DNA of 63,589 nt, counting the filler, from an uncultured bacterium (lineage in GTDB: Bacteria; CAZDME01; JAYEMH01): NCBI GenBank assembly GCA_964506785.1. It is 3 parts of 3 records of this genome, joined end to end, with 100 filler letters (N's around TTAATTAATTAA, not from the genome) between each part and the next. Parts side by side here need not be neighbours in the genome. Positions count along the whole stretch, not along the records: positions 43,746 to 63,589 come from CAZDME010000022.1; 2 more parts are not named here. One strand, given 5' to 3'. Every line of letters starts with the position of its first letter. Position 1 is the stretch's first letter. Made by a program: the position numbers and the translations under genes. Below the pieces are notes generated by a model that was not told where the DNA came from, searched no databases, and saw only the letters and a program-made list of their open reading frames with translations. Below are positions 52,201 through 62,900 of this stretch, in pieces.

Positions 52201-53130
52201 TTAACACTCCAGTCTCAATGCATCTAAACTTTTAACGATATACACCCCCTTTCTAACTTTAAGTTTTTTTAAAAAAAACCGCGCTTCTCGAATATTTTTC
52301 ACCGGCGCAAATAAAGTCGACCCGCTACCGCAAACCTTTACTACCGGCAAACCGGCCTGAAACAATTTTTCCCGATAAGTCAAAAGCTTCGGCCTTAGTT
52401 TAAAAACGGTTTCCTCTAAACCGTTATATAAATGATTCTGTAATAATCCCGGGGTCCCATTTTTCAAAGCCAAAGATAACTTTTTAATCTCTTTTAGATG
52501 ATGGGAATAATTTTTTTTGTCCAGGCGCCGAAATTTATTATTTCCTTCTCGATGGTTGTTTAAAGACATATTGTTTCGAGAAAAAGTTTTATAAACCTCT
52601 TTAGTCGATAGTGAAAACCCGGGAAAAAACAAGAGATAATAAAATGATTCAGCCGCTAAGCTTTGAACTTTTTCTCCCCGACCGCGCACCCTGGCTGTTT
52701 TCCCCTCTATAAAAAAAGGAACATCACTGCCTAACTTTTTTGCCCAGTCAACTAATTTTTTCTTAGTTAATCCGAGATCCCATAATCTATTCAAGCCGAG
52801 GAGAACAGCCGCGGCATCACTGCTGCCGCCTCCTAAACCCGCCCCTACCGGGATACGCTTCGTCAAATGTATTATTACCCCCTTTTTTAGCCGGAGCTTT
52901 TCCAGAACAAGCCGGGCCGCCTGATAAACTATATTCTCTTTTCCCCGGGGAATCCCCGGACAGGGGGAGACAATTTTGATTCCGCTGGTTTTCTCCTCAA
53001 GTTTAATCTCATCAAATAACTCTACCGCCTGCATTACTGAATCCAGGCTGTGAAAACCGTCTTTTCTCCTTCCTAAAACAGTCAAGTACAAATTAATCTT
53101 GGCCGGAGCTTTAAGTTTTATCTCCTTCAT
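52201..53130 (-). CDS. ispE: 4-diphosphocytidyl-2-C-methyl-D-erythritol kinase
   Basis: APAKINL, KRIPVGAGLGGGSSDAA, LGSDVPFF. Confidence 0.96.
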   Translation of the reverse strand: MKEIKLKAPAKINLYLTVLGRRKDGFHSLDSVMQAVELFDEIKLEEKTSGIKIVSPCPGIPRGKENIVYQAARLVLEKLRLKKGVIIHLTKRIPVGAGLGGGSSDAAAVLLGLNRLWDLGLTKKKLVDWAKKLGSDVPFFIEGKTARVRGRGEKVQSLAAESFYYLLFFPGFSLSTKEVYKTFSRNNMSLNNHREGNNKFRRLDKKNYSHHLKEIKKLSLALKNGTPGLLQNHLYNGLEETVFKLRPKLLTYREKLFQAGLPVVKVCGSGSTLFAPVKNIREARFFLKKLKVRKGVYIVKSLDALRLEC

Positions 53131-55021
53131 GAACAGAAATAGTCTCGAGTTCCTTCATTTTGTCTAAAAGAATCTTGTTTTCTGGATTTAAGCGCAACGA
53201 TTCTCCCCAGGCTTCTTTTGCTTTCTTCCATTCTCTTTTTTTATAATAAACATCACCGAGATGTTCATAGATAACCGGATCCTCCTGGAGAGTAACGGCA
53301 ATTTTTAGCTCTTTTAAGGCTAAATTAAACATCCCTTTTTTGTAATGAACCCAAGCCAAGGTATCAAGGTAAGCTCCATTTTTTGGCGCAAGGGATACAG
53401 CCTGATTGGCTAATTTCACCGCTTCTTCTAAATAGATGCCTTTTTCGGCATACATATAGGCCAGATAATTATAGGCTTCAGCAAATTGAGAATTAAGCCT
53501 TATCGCCTCTTTAAATTCATAAATAGATAAAGGGAAATCTCCCATTTTTTCATAAACAACGGCCAGATAAAAATGACTGACATCGTCTTCGGGGGAAAGG
53601 CTAATTGCCTTTCGAAAAAAACCTGCGGCATCGCTTAATTTTTCCAGCCTAAAAGAAGCAAAACCGCGCAAAAAATAGATATCCCGGTTCTCTCGTTTTT
53701 TATCTTTCAGTAAATCAATCGCTTTTTGAAATTGATTTTCTTTTAAATAAAGATAAGCAAGGGTTAGATAGGTTCTTGAATCATCAGGCCTTAGAGAAAT
53801 AACTTCTTCATAGCTTTTGATGGCTTGCGGGATTAAATCCATTTCTTCATAAAGAGAACCAATAAGAATTTTGACGGCTACGTTTTTGGGATCGATTTCA
53901 AGTATTTTTTGAAAATATTTGAGAGATTCTTCCTTATTGCCGACCTGATGTAAAAGTAAACCAATGGTACTCAAAATTCTAATATCACCGGGAGTTAAAT
54001 CGACAATAGTTTGGTAACACTGAATCGCTTTGTCATATTCCTTAAGTTGGGAATATACCTGTGACAAACGGAAGTTTAAACTGACACTATCAGGCTGAGA
54101 CTTGAGCAATTGCTCATAAACCTTAGCGGCCCGAGACCATTTTTCCTGAAACTCATAAATAGTCCCTAAAGTGAAATTTACTTCCTCATCGTCAGGAAAA
54201 AGGGACCGGGCTTTTTTCATTACCCTTAAGGCTTCTTTATCTTTTTCATCCAGACTTAAAACCCGGCCCAGCTGAATATAAGCATCCCTGCCTTCCGGTT
54301 CAAGTTTGATTAAATCTCTTAGGATCCGGATGGCTTTAGGGTATTGTCTTTCTTGGACATAAAGAGCCGCCAAGGCAAAATAGGCATCTGATAATTCCGG
54401 ATTGATTTCGATAACTTTTAGATAGTGATCCTCTGCCTCGGCCGGTTTACCTAAGGCTAAATAAAGGAAGGCTAAATATTGATGCGGGATAGGATTTTCT
54501 GGATCACGTTTTAGAAGTATCTGAAACTGCTCTTCAGCCTGGGTAAATTTTCCTGCTTTAAAATAAACCGTTCCTAAAGCTTGCCGAATAGTAAATGCAT
54601 CAGGCTCTAAATCTTTTGCCCGGTTAAATTCTTCGATAGCTTCCTCTATTTTTCCCTGGCGCTCAAGCAGGAGACCGGTAGTATAGTGCGCAACAGCTTC
54701 TGAATTCCACCTTCCTGTTTCAAGAGTATTTCCCCCTAAAGATGGAACCTTACCTTCGCTCTGCGAAAGGACAGGACGATTTTCAACCGGAGCTTCACCC
54801 AAAAGTCCCGACCCGGCTGAATTTTTGATTTTCGCCGAATCAGCGACTTCCTCTCCAGAAGCACCGGCCCAACCAAAAGAAACCAGACTAAAAAAGGTTG
54901 CGAGATAACAAGCGGTAAACCTTACCCATTTACCACTAAATCCAGTTGATGGACTTATATCGCTCCCAGCAGTTGTTTTAGTATACAGCACCAGGCTCTT
55001 TTTTCCAAAGGATGTAAGCAT
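53111..55021 (-). CDS. TPR repeat periplasmic protein (start uncertain)
   Basis: many TPRs; NYLAY..AE...YLDTLAWV. Confidence 0.85.
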   Translation of the reverse strand: MLTSFGKKSLVLYTKTTAGSDISPSTGFSGKWVRFTACYLATFFSLVSFGWAGASGEEVADSAKIKNSAGSGLLGEAPVENRPVLSQSEGKVPSLGGNTLETGRWNSEAVAHYTTGLLLERQGKIEEAIEEFNRAKDLEPDAFTIRQALGTVYFKAGKFTQAEEQFQILLKRDPENPIPHQYLAFLYLALGKPAEAEDHYLKVIEINPELSDAYFALAALYVQERQYPKAIRILRDLIKLEPEGRDAYIQLGRVLSLDEKDKEALRVMKKARSLFPDDEEVNFTLGTIYEFQEKWSRAAKVYEQLLKSQPDSVSLNFRLSQVYSQLKEYDKAIQCYQTIVDLTPGDIRILSTIGLLLHQVGNKEESLKYFQKILEIDPKNVAVKILIGSLYEEMDLIPQAIKSYEEVISLRPDDSRTYLTLAYLYLKENQFQKAIDLLKDKKRENRDIYFLRGFASFRLEKLSDAAGFFRKAISLSPEDDVSHFYLAVVYEKMGDFPLSIYEFKEAIRLNSQFAEAYNYLAYMYAEKGIYLEEAVKLANQAVSLAPKNGAYLDTLAWVHYKKGMFNLALKELKIAVTLQEDPVIYEHLGDVYYKKREWKKAKEAWGESLRLNPENKILLDKMKELETISVHEGDKT

Positions 55022-55045
55022 TAGCAGGTAAAACCTTTTTTTCCC

Positions 55046-55141
55046 TTATCTCTTCTTTTTCTTATGTCGATCTCTTCGCAGTCTCTTTTTCCTTTTGTGT
55101 TTAGCAATTTTTTTTCTTTTTTTCTTTTTCCCGCAAGGCAT
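55046..55141 (-). CDS. 31-aa bS22/mS38 (AURKAIP1/COX24-domain) small ribosomal protein-like peptide (not in ORF track)
   Basis: MPCGKKKKRKKIAKHKRKKRLRRDRHKKKKR; GAGGGGGTGA SD. Confidence 0.85.
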   Translation of the reverse strand: MPCGKKKKRKKIAKHKRKKRLRRDRHKKKKR

Positions 55142-55243
55142 TTTTCTCACCCCCTCTTCAACAAAACCAAATATTTGAAATAAAAGCTGCAAAGTAAAAA
55201 TAAAATTTCCGGAGATTTCGGTCTTTGGATTGTGCCTTTATCG

Positions 55244-56110
55244 CTATATCACCTTATTCAGCGAATATTCAATAATGCCCTCGGCGCCAATTTTCTTTAG
55301 CTCGGGAATCAAACGCCGCACTTCAAGTTCATCAATGACGACCTCGATAGCATACCAGCCTTTTTCACTCAAGCTGGAAAGAGTCGGCTTGCGAAGAGCA
55401 GAAAGAATTGAAAAAACTTTATCTAAATTCGCAGCCGGGACATTCATTTTTAACCCGACTTTCCCTTCCGCTAAAAGCGCCCCTTTAAGAAGCAAAGAAA
55501 AATTACCGATTTTTTCTTTTTTCCAGTTATTTTCCCAGGCCTGTCGATTAGCAATCAATTTCGTAGTTGATTCAGCCACCACTTCAACAATCTTTAGATT
55601 GTTTTCGGCTAAACTTCTACCGGTTTCGGTCAGCTCAACAATGGCATCAACCAACTCAGGCGTTTTCATTTCAGTCGCCCCCCAGGAAAACTCCACTTCA
55701 GCTTTAACCCCTTTTTTTTTCAAAAATCCCTTGGTTACATTGACCAGTTCAGTAGCGATCCTTTTCCCTTGTAGGTCCTGAACCTTTTTTACGGGCGAAT
55801 CTTTGGGCACGGCTAAAACCCATTTTACGGGGATAAGCCCCTGTTTGGCGTAAATTAATTCAGCTACCTCGACTACTTTAGCAAAACTGTCCATAATCCA
55901 GTCTTGACCGGTTATTCCGGCATCAATCACCCCTTCCTCGACATACCGAGGAATCTCCTGAGCGCGGATAAGAATCGGTTCAATTTCTTCATCGTTTATA
56001 GACGGGAAATAAGACCGCGGATTTACCGAAATATTGAATCCGGCCTTTTTTAACAATCGGAAAGTAGCTTCTTGCAGGCTACCTTTAGGCAATCCCAGTT
56101 TTATTTTCAT
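55244..56110 (-). CDS. hisG: ATP phosphoribosyltransferase, long form
   Basis: GLPKGSL, GITGxD, GATE, ETG.SL..N.L, C-terminal regulatory domain. Confidence 0.95.
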   Translation of the reverse strand: MKIKLGLPKGSLQEATFRLLKKAGFNISVNPRSYFPSINDEEIEPILIRAQEIPRYVEEGVIDAGITGQDWIMDSFAKVVEVAELIYAKQGLIPVKWVLAVPKDSPVKKVQDLQGKRIATELVNVTKGFLKKKGVKAEVEFSWGATEMKTPELVDAIVELTETGRSLAENNLKIVEVVAESTTKLIANRQAWENNWKKEKIGNFSLLLKGALLAEGKVGLKMNVPAANLDKVFSILSALRKPTLSSLSEKGWYAIEVVIDELEVRRLIPELKKIGAEGIIEYSLNKVI

Positions 56111-56253
56111 TTTTCTTTCTCCCAGGCTTCCCATTCTTCAAGCCAATTCTTTGCCTTTCGCGAATAAATTCTGCCGCTCGGCTTTATCCGGCTCAGGGGA
56201 TTTATCCGCCATCTTTTTCTTACTTTCGGCACCTTATTTTTAGATTTTTTCAC
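56107..56253 (-). CDS. 48-aa basic hypothetical protein coupled to hisG (not in ORF track)
   Basis: [52 protein letters not shown] overlap with hisG. Confidence 0.6.
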   Translation of the reverse strand: MKKSKNKVPKVRKRWRINPLSRIKPSGRIYSRKAKNWLEEWEAWEKEK

Positions 56254-56319
56254 CTGATTTCAATAAATCGATTTTATTCACATTTCTTCTATCTATGAGC
56301 CGCTGGCCAAGAGCAAAAA

Positions 56320-56898
56320 TTATTGCTGTTGCATACTGCGGATAAAAATTTTTCTCCCGAATTCTTTAAATTTAAGATCCAGGCAACGCAAAATTTCGTC
56401 TCCTTCTTCCGTTTTGAGGGAAAATTTTTTCTCTATAGCTTCTTTAAAATAGCGTTTCAGCATGGAGGCAGCAATATAAGGATTCTGGTTTTGGAAATCC
56501 TTGAACTCTACGATTAAAAGACTGCCTATCTTATATTTTTTTTCCTGATTATCAATCTGAAGCTCAAGGCCTTCAGAAAATTTCAAGGCTTTCTGGAAGG
56601 CAGCTCCGGAGCCAGATGCTTTTGCCTTTTTACCTTTCGATTTTTTAAAGGCTGAAGATTGAATCTTCCTTTTAAGAACTTCCGGCTTTTGCTTATCCCG
56701 GTTTATCCTTCTTTGGCTGTAAGGGTGTGACTCAATAAGCTTACTGATATCATCCCTTTGGAAACGAAGATTTCCCCCTACTTTATAGGCAGACAGCCGG
56801 CCGCTCTGAAGAAGATTATAAATCTGACTGCGGCTAATCTTTAATATCCTTTCGACATCTCTACGGGTATATAGCTCTTTTATCTCTTTATTGGACAT
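56320..56898 (-). CDS. excisionase-like HTH (HTH_17) domain protein with unknown C-terminal domain
   Basis: LYT..DV...LKISRSQIYNLL.SGRL.AYKVGG.LRF...DI. Confidence 0.8.
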   Translation of the reverse strand: MSNKEIKELYTRRDVERILKISRSQIYNLLQSGRLSAYKVGGNLRFQRDDISKLIESHPYSQRRINRDKQKPEVLKRKIQSSAFKKSKGKKAKASGSGAAFQKALKFSEGLELQIDNQEKKYKIGSLLIVEFKDFQNQNPYIAASMLKRYFKEAIEKKFSLKTEEGDEILRCLDLKFKEFGRKIFIRSMQQQ

Positions 56899-56915
56899 AT
56901 ATATTGCAGGCTGGA

Positions 56916-59900
56916 TTAGGGAATGTTAACAATTTTCTTCTTCTTTGTCAAGATTTTTCCTAAAAACTTTATCTCCCGAGACTTGATTTTAAGCCGAAAA
57001 TCATCAAAAATCAAATAAAAACTAGGAAGGAAAAATAGGGTCAAAATAGTCGAAACCGAAAGTCCACCAATTACCGTAATCGCCAAAGGCGACCAAAGCC
57101 CGGCCGCCTCGCTACGATCCATAGCCATAGGAAGCAAGCCAATCACCGTAGTTAAACTGGTAATTAAAATCGGCCGAAGACGATCTTGACCGGCATTGAT
57201 AACTGCCTTGAGGCGTTCCATCCCGGTCTGTCGTAAATCATTAATGTGAGCCAGAAAAATTATGGCGTTGTTAACGCTAATGCCGGCTAACATAATCATC
57301 CCGATTAAAACCGAAACGCTTTTCAGGGTGCCGGTCAAAATGAGAAAAAGAACTACCCCAATTAAAGCCAGCGGCAAGGTGGTCATAATAAGCAAAGGCT
57401 GCCAGAAGCTTTCAAAAAAAGCGGCCAAAACCATATAAATCAAAAGAATAGTGATAATAACTACGGAAAAAAGCTGCTTTTGATTCTCCTTCATTTCTTC
57501 ATAACTGCCGGCAATTTTATAATGATACTTCTCGGGCAGCCTCACCGGTTTAAGGGCAGTTTGCACCTTTTCTACGGCAGAACCCATGGGAAGACCGGTA
57601 ACTGTGCCCGTAACCTGAATCATCCGGCGTTTATTTTTACGCCAGATTTCGCTGGGGCCGTAAAGAGAGGTAAAGCCGGCCATTTGCTTCAAGAAAATCA
57701 GGCGGCCCTCGGGATTGGTCAGGGTTAAACGGGTTAAATCTTCGTAGGTATCACGGTCATCTTTTTCCAGGCGGACAATAGTTTCGACTTCCTTTCCCTT
57801 AGTATGATAGCGGGTCGGCACCAACCCTCTTAATTGCGCATGAAGAATTTCAGCCACATCCTTAACCGAGAAACCCCAGATTAATGCCTTCTCCCGGTCA
57901 ACAATAACCCCAATCTCCGGACGGGGAGCACGCATCCGCAAGCGAACATCAGTTAGCCCTTTGATGCCCTCCATTTTTTGGGCCATCACTGAGGCTATTT
58001 TTTTCAATTCTTCATATTTATGGCCATAGATATCAATGGTCAATTCTTTCAAAACCATCCGTTCCGGTTCTTTAAAATAAATAAAGGCTTCTTCTATGCT
58101 TTCTACCTGTTTGCGTAAAATATCAATAATTTCCTGGGCGGAACGGCGGCGCTTGCGACGCGGCTGCAACTCAACATTAATCCGCGGCGACCAGGGTTTT
58201 ACCCGGGAAGTAACTGTTTTTACTTCAGGGAATTCTAAAAGCATTTCTTCGATATCTTTGACTACTTCATCCGATTTTGAAAGTTTTGTTCCCGTAGGCA
58301 TTTCTATATAAACGGTAAATTCTTTTTCTTCGGTGCCTCCCCAGAGCTCCGTTCCCCGCTTCATAAAAACGAAACTAGAGGTTAAAAATAACATTAAAGC
58401 CAGGATGAGAAATAAAAAGCGGAATCTCAGGGTAAAACTTAAAAACCGCCGATACCAAAGTTTCATATTTACCTCATCACCCCCGTTAGAAATAACTTCC
58501 TTAACGTGGCCAAACTTAATCCGCCCGCAAAGCATCGGAACCAGGGTAAGGGCAATAAAAAGAGACGCAAGAAGGGCAAAAACAATGGTAAACCCTAAAC
58601 TGCTGTAAAGAAGCCGGGTCTTTTTGTTGGCAATGAGCAAAAAAGGTATAATTACCACCACCGTGGTAAGTGTGGAGGCAATAATCGCCCGGCTCATTTC
58701 TTCTGCTCCGAGAATAGCCGCTTTTCCCTTGGGCAGCCCTTTTTCTCTTTTCTGAAAAACATTTTCCAAAACCACTACGGAACTATCAACAATCATACCG
58801 ACACCTAAGGCCAAACCGCTCAACGTCATAATATTCAAACTTAACTTACCGAGATACATAAAGACAAAGGTAATCATTACACAACAGGGAATAGATAAAC
58901 CGACAATAGCCGTCGCCCGCAGGTTTTTTAAAAAAACTAAAAGGACGAAGACAGCCAAAAGACCTCCAAAAATCAAGGATATTCTCACTGTCTTAACCGA
59001 AGAACGGATAAAATCCCCCTGATTGAAAACCGTAACCAAGCTCAAATCCTGGCCAAGATGAGATACCGCTTCCTTTAACTCTCTGGCAATACCGTCAGTA
59101 ACCAGGATAGTATTAGCCGTGCTTTCCTTTTGAACGTATATGGTTACCGCCGAGGTGAAATTTGTCCGGGAAAAACCAGTCGGGTCAAGAAAGAAATCCC
59201 TGACCGTGGCAATATTTTTAAGACGGACCAAAGAACCGCCTTTAGGCGAGATATTTATTCCAAGATTTTCTATATCTTCTATACTTTCAAACTGGCCGCT
59301 TACCCGGATTAAAAATTTGTCTTTTAGGCGTTTAACATCCCCAACCAGCAGGTTCAAATTGTTTGAATTGATAATTTCGACTATTCTTTTAATGGGAATT
59401 CCCTGAGCCTGTAATTCACTCTGGTCCACTTCAATCAAAATTTTTCGTTCTCTGCCGCCGACCAGTTCAACATTAGCCACGCCGCTGATTCTCTTTATTT
59501 TCGGCTTTATACTCTCTTCAACGATCCGCCGGATGAGCTCGGGGCTGAAGCGGGAAACTACAGAAACTATCATCACCGGCATATCGGCATAATTATACCG
59601 GGCAATTACCGGTTTTTCGACGTCTTTTGGCAATTTGTTCTTTATCCGATTGAATTTTTCTCTTACCTCAAGAGCGGCAAAATCCATATTTGTTCCCGGT
59701 TCAAAACTGATTTCCACAGTCGCTGAACCTTCTTCAGATAAGGATTCAATCCGCCTGAGGTGGCTAAGGTCGCCCATGGCTTCTTCAATCGGCCTGGTAA
59801 CTAAATTTTCTACCTCTACCGGCGGCATTCCCCCGCGGATAGAAAGATAAATGGTCACCGTCGAAAAACCAACATTAGGCATTAACTCCATGGGAAGCCT

Positions 59901-59990
59901 CGTCAAGGCGATTGTTCCCATAAGAATCATGCCGAAGGTAATCATAGAAATAGTCACCGGACGGCGATTGGCAAAACGGGATAAACTCAT
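56916..59990 (-). CDS. RND efflux permease (AcrB/MdtC family)
   Basis: RPVT, NIMTLSGLALGVGMIVD, RLRPILIT. Confidence 0.95.
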   Translation of the reverse strand: MSLSRFANRRPVTISMITFGMILMGTIALTRLPMELMPNVGFSTVTIYLSIRGGMPPVEVENLVTRPIEEAMGDLSHLRRIESLSEEGSATVEISFEPGTNMDFAALEVREKFNRIKNKLPKDVEKPVIARYNYADMPVMIVSVVSRFSPELIRRIVEESIKPKIKRISGVANVELVGGRERKILIEVDQSELQAQGIPIKRIVEIINSNNLNLLVGDVKRLKDKFLIRVSGQFESIEDIENLGINISPKGGSLVRLKNIATVRDFFLDPTGFSRTNFTSAVTIYVQKESTANTILVTDGIARELKEAVSHLGQDLSLVTVFNQGDFIRSSVKTVRISLIFGGLLAVFVLLVFLKNLRATAIVGLSIPCCVMITFVFMYLGKLSLNIMTLSGLALGVGMIVDSSVVVLENVFQKREKGLPKGKAAILGAEEMSRAIIASTLTTVVVIIPFLLIANKKTRLLYSSLGFTIVFALLASLFIALTLVPMLCGRIKFGHVKEVISNGGDEVNMKLWYRRFLSFTLRFRFLFLILALMLFLTSSFVFMKRGTELWGGTEEKEFTVYIEMPTGTKLSKSDEVVKDIEEMLLEFPEVKTVTSRVKPWSPRINVELQPRRKRRRSAQEIIDILRKQVESIEEAFIYFKEPERMVLKELTIDIYGHKYEELKKIASVMAQKMEGIKGLTDVRLRMRAPRPEIGVIVDREKALIWGFSVKDVAEILHAQLRGLVPTRYHTKGKEVETIVRLEKDDRDTYEDLTRLTLTNPEGRLIFLKQMAGFTSLYGPSEIWRKNKRRMIQVTGTVTGLPMGSAVEKVQTALKPVRLPEKYHYKIAGSYEEMKENQKQLFSVVIITILLIYMVLAAFFESFWQPLLIMTTLPLALIGVVLFLILTGTLKSVSVLIGMIMLAGISVNNAIIFLAHINDLRQTGMERLKAVINAGQDRLRPILITSLTTVIGLLPMAMDRSEAAGLWSPLAITVIGGLSVSTILTLFFLPSFYLIFDDFRLKIKSREIKFLGKILTKKKKIVNIP

Positions 59991-62900
59991 TTCCGAAATT
60001 TCTCCCTGAAATTTTCAACGATGATATATAAGGAGGGAATAACTACCAAAGTCAGGATGGTTGCCGCTGTCAGCCCGCCAATAACGGTAATGGCTAAAGG
60101 AGCCCGAAGTTCTTTACCTTCGGCCATGCCTAAAGCTAGGGGAAGAAGGCCGAAAATGGTGGTAAAAGAAGTCATAAGAATCGGCCGAAGGCGAATCTTG
60201 GCCGCTTCGACGGCCGCTTCCCGAACGCCTAAACCTTGCTGACGGAGACGATTGACAAAATCAATGAGAATGATACCATTATTGACGACAATTCCTCCGA
60301 GCATAATTACACCCAAGAGGGCAACAATGCTTAAAGGAGTGTGGGTAATGAATAAAGCGGCCACCACCCCGATAATTGCCAGAGGAAAAGTAAACATAAT
60401 AATAAACGGCTGAATTAACGATTCGAAAAGTGAAGCCATAATCATATAGACAAGAATAATCGCCAGAATTAACGCAAAACGAATATTGGCAAAGGCATAC
60501 TGCATCTCCGCGCTTTCACCGGCCAGTTTTACCGTATAATCAGCGGGAATCGGCAAAAGTTTGATAATTTGTCTTACTTGGGAAAATATATCCGTCAGAC
60601 GACGTTTATAAACATTAGCCGTTACTTGAACAATTCTTTCCTGTTCCTGCCGTTTTACCTCGCTGGGGCCTCTTTCCATCTTTAACGAAGCCACCTGGTC
60701 AAGATAGACAGGCTCACCGCCGGGTGTATAGATAAATATGTTTTTTAAGGCGGAGAGACTGGCACGGTCCTGAGGGCGAAGTCTTACCCGAACATCGAAT
60801 TCTTCCCCTAATTCCTTAAATTTAGTCGCCACCTCGCCTTCAATAGCCACTTGAGCCAAATGGGAGATGTCATTAACCGAAAGGTGATAAAGCGTAGCCC
60901 GGTCTTTATCGATTTTAATCCGGCTCTCCAGTGTCCGCTCGGCAACGGTATCTTTTATCCCGTAAAGCCCTCTTATCCTCTTAAGCTTTTCCTTTATTTC
61001 TCCGGCTAAATCTTTTAAGATTTCCAATTCATAGCCTTTTATGTTAACGGCGACCGGAGCGGCGGTTATAAAACTGGAACCGAAAACGCTTTCCTGAAGA
61101 AGATATTCAAGCTTAGCCTGGGACAATTTAGCTTCTCCAATCCTTTCTTTTAACTCTTGAAGAATTTCAGCGGTCGAGCGAATCTTCCGATTTTCGGCCC
61201 GGGCTCTTGGCCGCTCGTCTTTTAAACTAAAGAGACTTACCATAAAGTCCGCCTGATGAGAACCCAAGATTTCAATGGTCTCTTCCGGCATAGCTTCTTT
61301 GTTCGAGCCAATATTCAGAGTAACCTTTTCCACCTCAGGAATTTTTAAAAGAAGATTTTCTATTTCTTTTGAGGCCCGATCAGTAATTTCAATTTTGGTA
61401 CCCATGGGCATAGCAAGCTTAATAATAAATTGGCGTTGATCCATCTTGGGCATAAATTCTTTATCCAGCTTGAATAATAATCCCAGGCTAGCGAGAAAAA
61501 GGAAAAAAGCGCCCAACAGAATAAAAGAAATAGTCTTTTTGTTGATTATATTAAAAAGTCTAGTAATTTTTGACAAGTCAAAAGTGAACTTTCTTTTTAC
61601 ACCCTCTTTAGGACGAAAAGTAACCTGCCGGAAAAATAAAGGGATTAAGGTTACGGCAACAAAAAGCGAAGCTAAAAGCGAAAAGATTACCGTAAAAGCC
61701 AGTTGTTTAAAAAGCTGTCCGGCTACTCCGGTAATAAAAATGAAGGGGAAAAAAACCGAGATGGTAGTCAAGGTAGAAGCGACAACAGCATTATATACCT
61801 CGTTAGCTCCCTGGACGGCGCTTTTTTCGGGGGACTCACCCAGCTGCTGGTGGCGAAAAATATTTTCGATAACGACGACACTATTGTCAACCAACATACC
61901 GACACCTAAAGCCAAACCGCCTAAAGACATCATATTCAGGCCCATTTTGAAAAACATATTGGTAAAGAACATTAGAATTAAGGTCGCCATAATGGAAATC
62001 GGCACGGAAAAAGTAATAATCAGCGAAGAACGGAAATTCCTTAAGAAAAAAAACAAAATAAAAAATGCCAAGGCAATACCTATAAGGGCAGCATTACTCA
62101 CTTCTCTCAAGGATCTTTTAACAAAGGTGGATTGGTCATAAACAACGTTCATCCGGATGCCTTCAGGCAAATCCGGCTTGAGGTCTTTAAGGGCTTGATC
62201 TACCAGGGCAACTACCTGCAAGGTGTTGGCATCAGCCTGTTTACGGATAGACAGAGAGATGTTCGAAAGCCCGTTATATCTCGAAATACTGGTCTTTTCC
62301 TTAAAGGTATCCTTCACTTTGGCAATATCACGCAGATAGATGAGACGCCGCTGTTCTTTCTCATCTTCTTCGGAATAAAACTCGCGTTTTTCTTCTTTAT
62401 CTTCTACCGCCAAGACAGCCACATCTTCAATTTCTTCGACAGTTTTGAACTCCCCCATGGTCCGGACTAAATATTCATAAAACTCAGCTTCAATCGTCCC
62501 CGCCGGAAAATTCAAATTGCTTTCCTCCAAAGATTTAATCACGGAGAGAAGAGAAATGCCGGAAGCCTGAAGGCGGCCCTGATCAATCTCTACGAGAATT
62601 TCCCTTTCGGCGCCGCCGGTTATAATGACCGAAGCCACCCCTTCTACCTTTTCTAATTTTTCTTTGATATCCCGGCGGCAAATTTCTTTTAATTCAAAAG
62701 GGGAAAAATCCTCTCCGGTCAAACTTAAAACCATAGTAGGAAGTTCCAAAGGATTGTATTTCACCACGACAGAATCTTCCGCTTCCCGGGGTAACCTTTC
62801 TTTAATTAAATCGATTTTTTCACGGACACTCAAAGAGGCAAAATCCATATTTGTTCCCCAGTTAAAATCGGCGACGACTAAACTTAACCCTTCTTTCGAG

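Noticed and set aside
56110-56215. In-frame TGA upstream of hisG as selenocysteine read-through
   Set aside because: A different frame gives a clean 48-aa ORF overlapping the hisG start; no SECIS evidence
56320-56898. Excisionase-like HTH as evidence of a mobile element
   Set aside because: No integrase, att sites or phage genes nearby; more likely a regulator
61446-62141. Long antisense ORFs (e.g. 231 aa here, 163 aa at 4057, 183 aa at 55230)
   Set aside because: Shadow ORFs opposite well-supported genes, with no recognisable motifs
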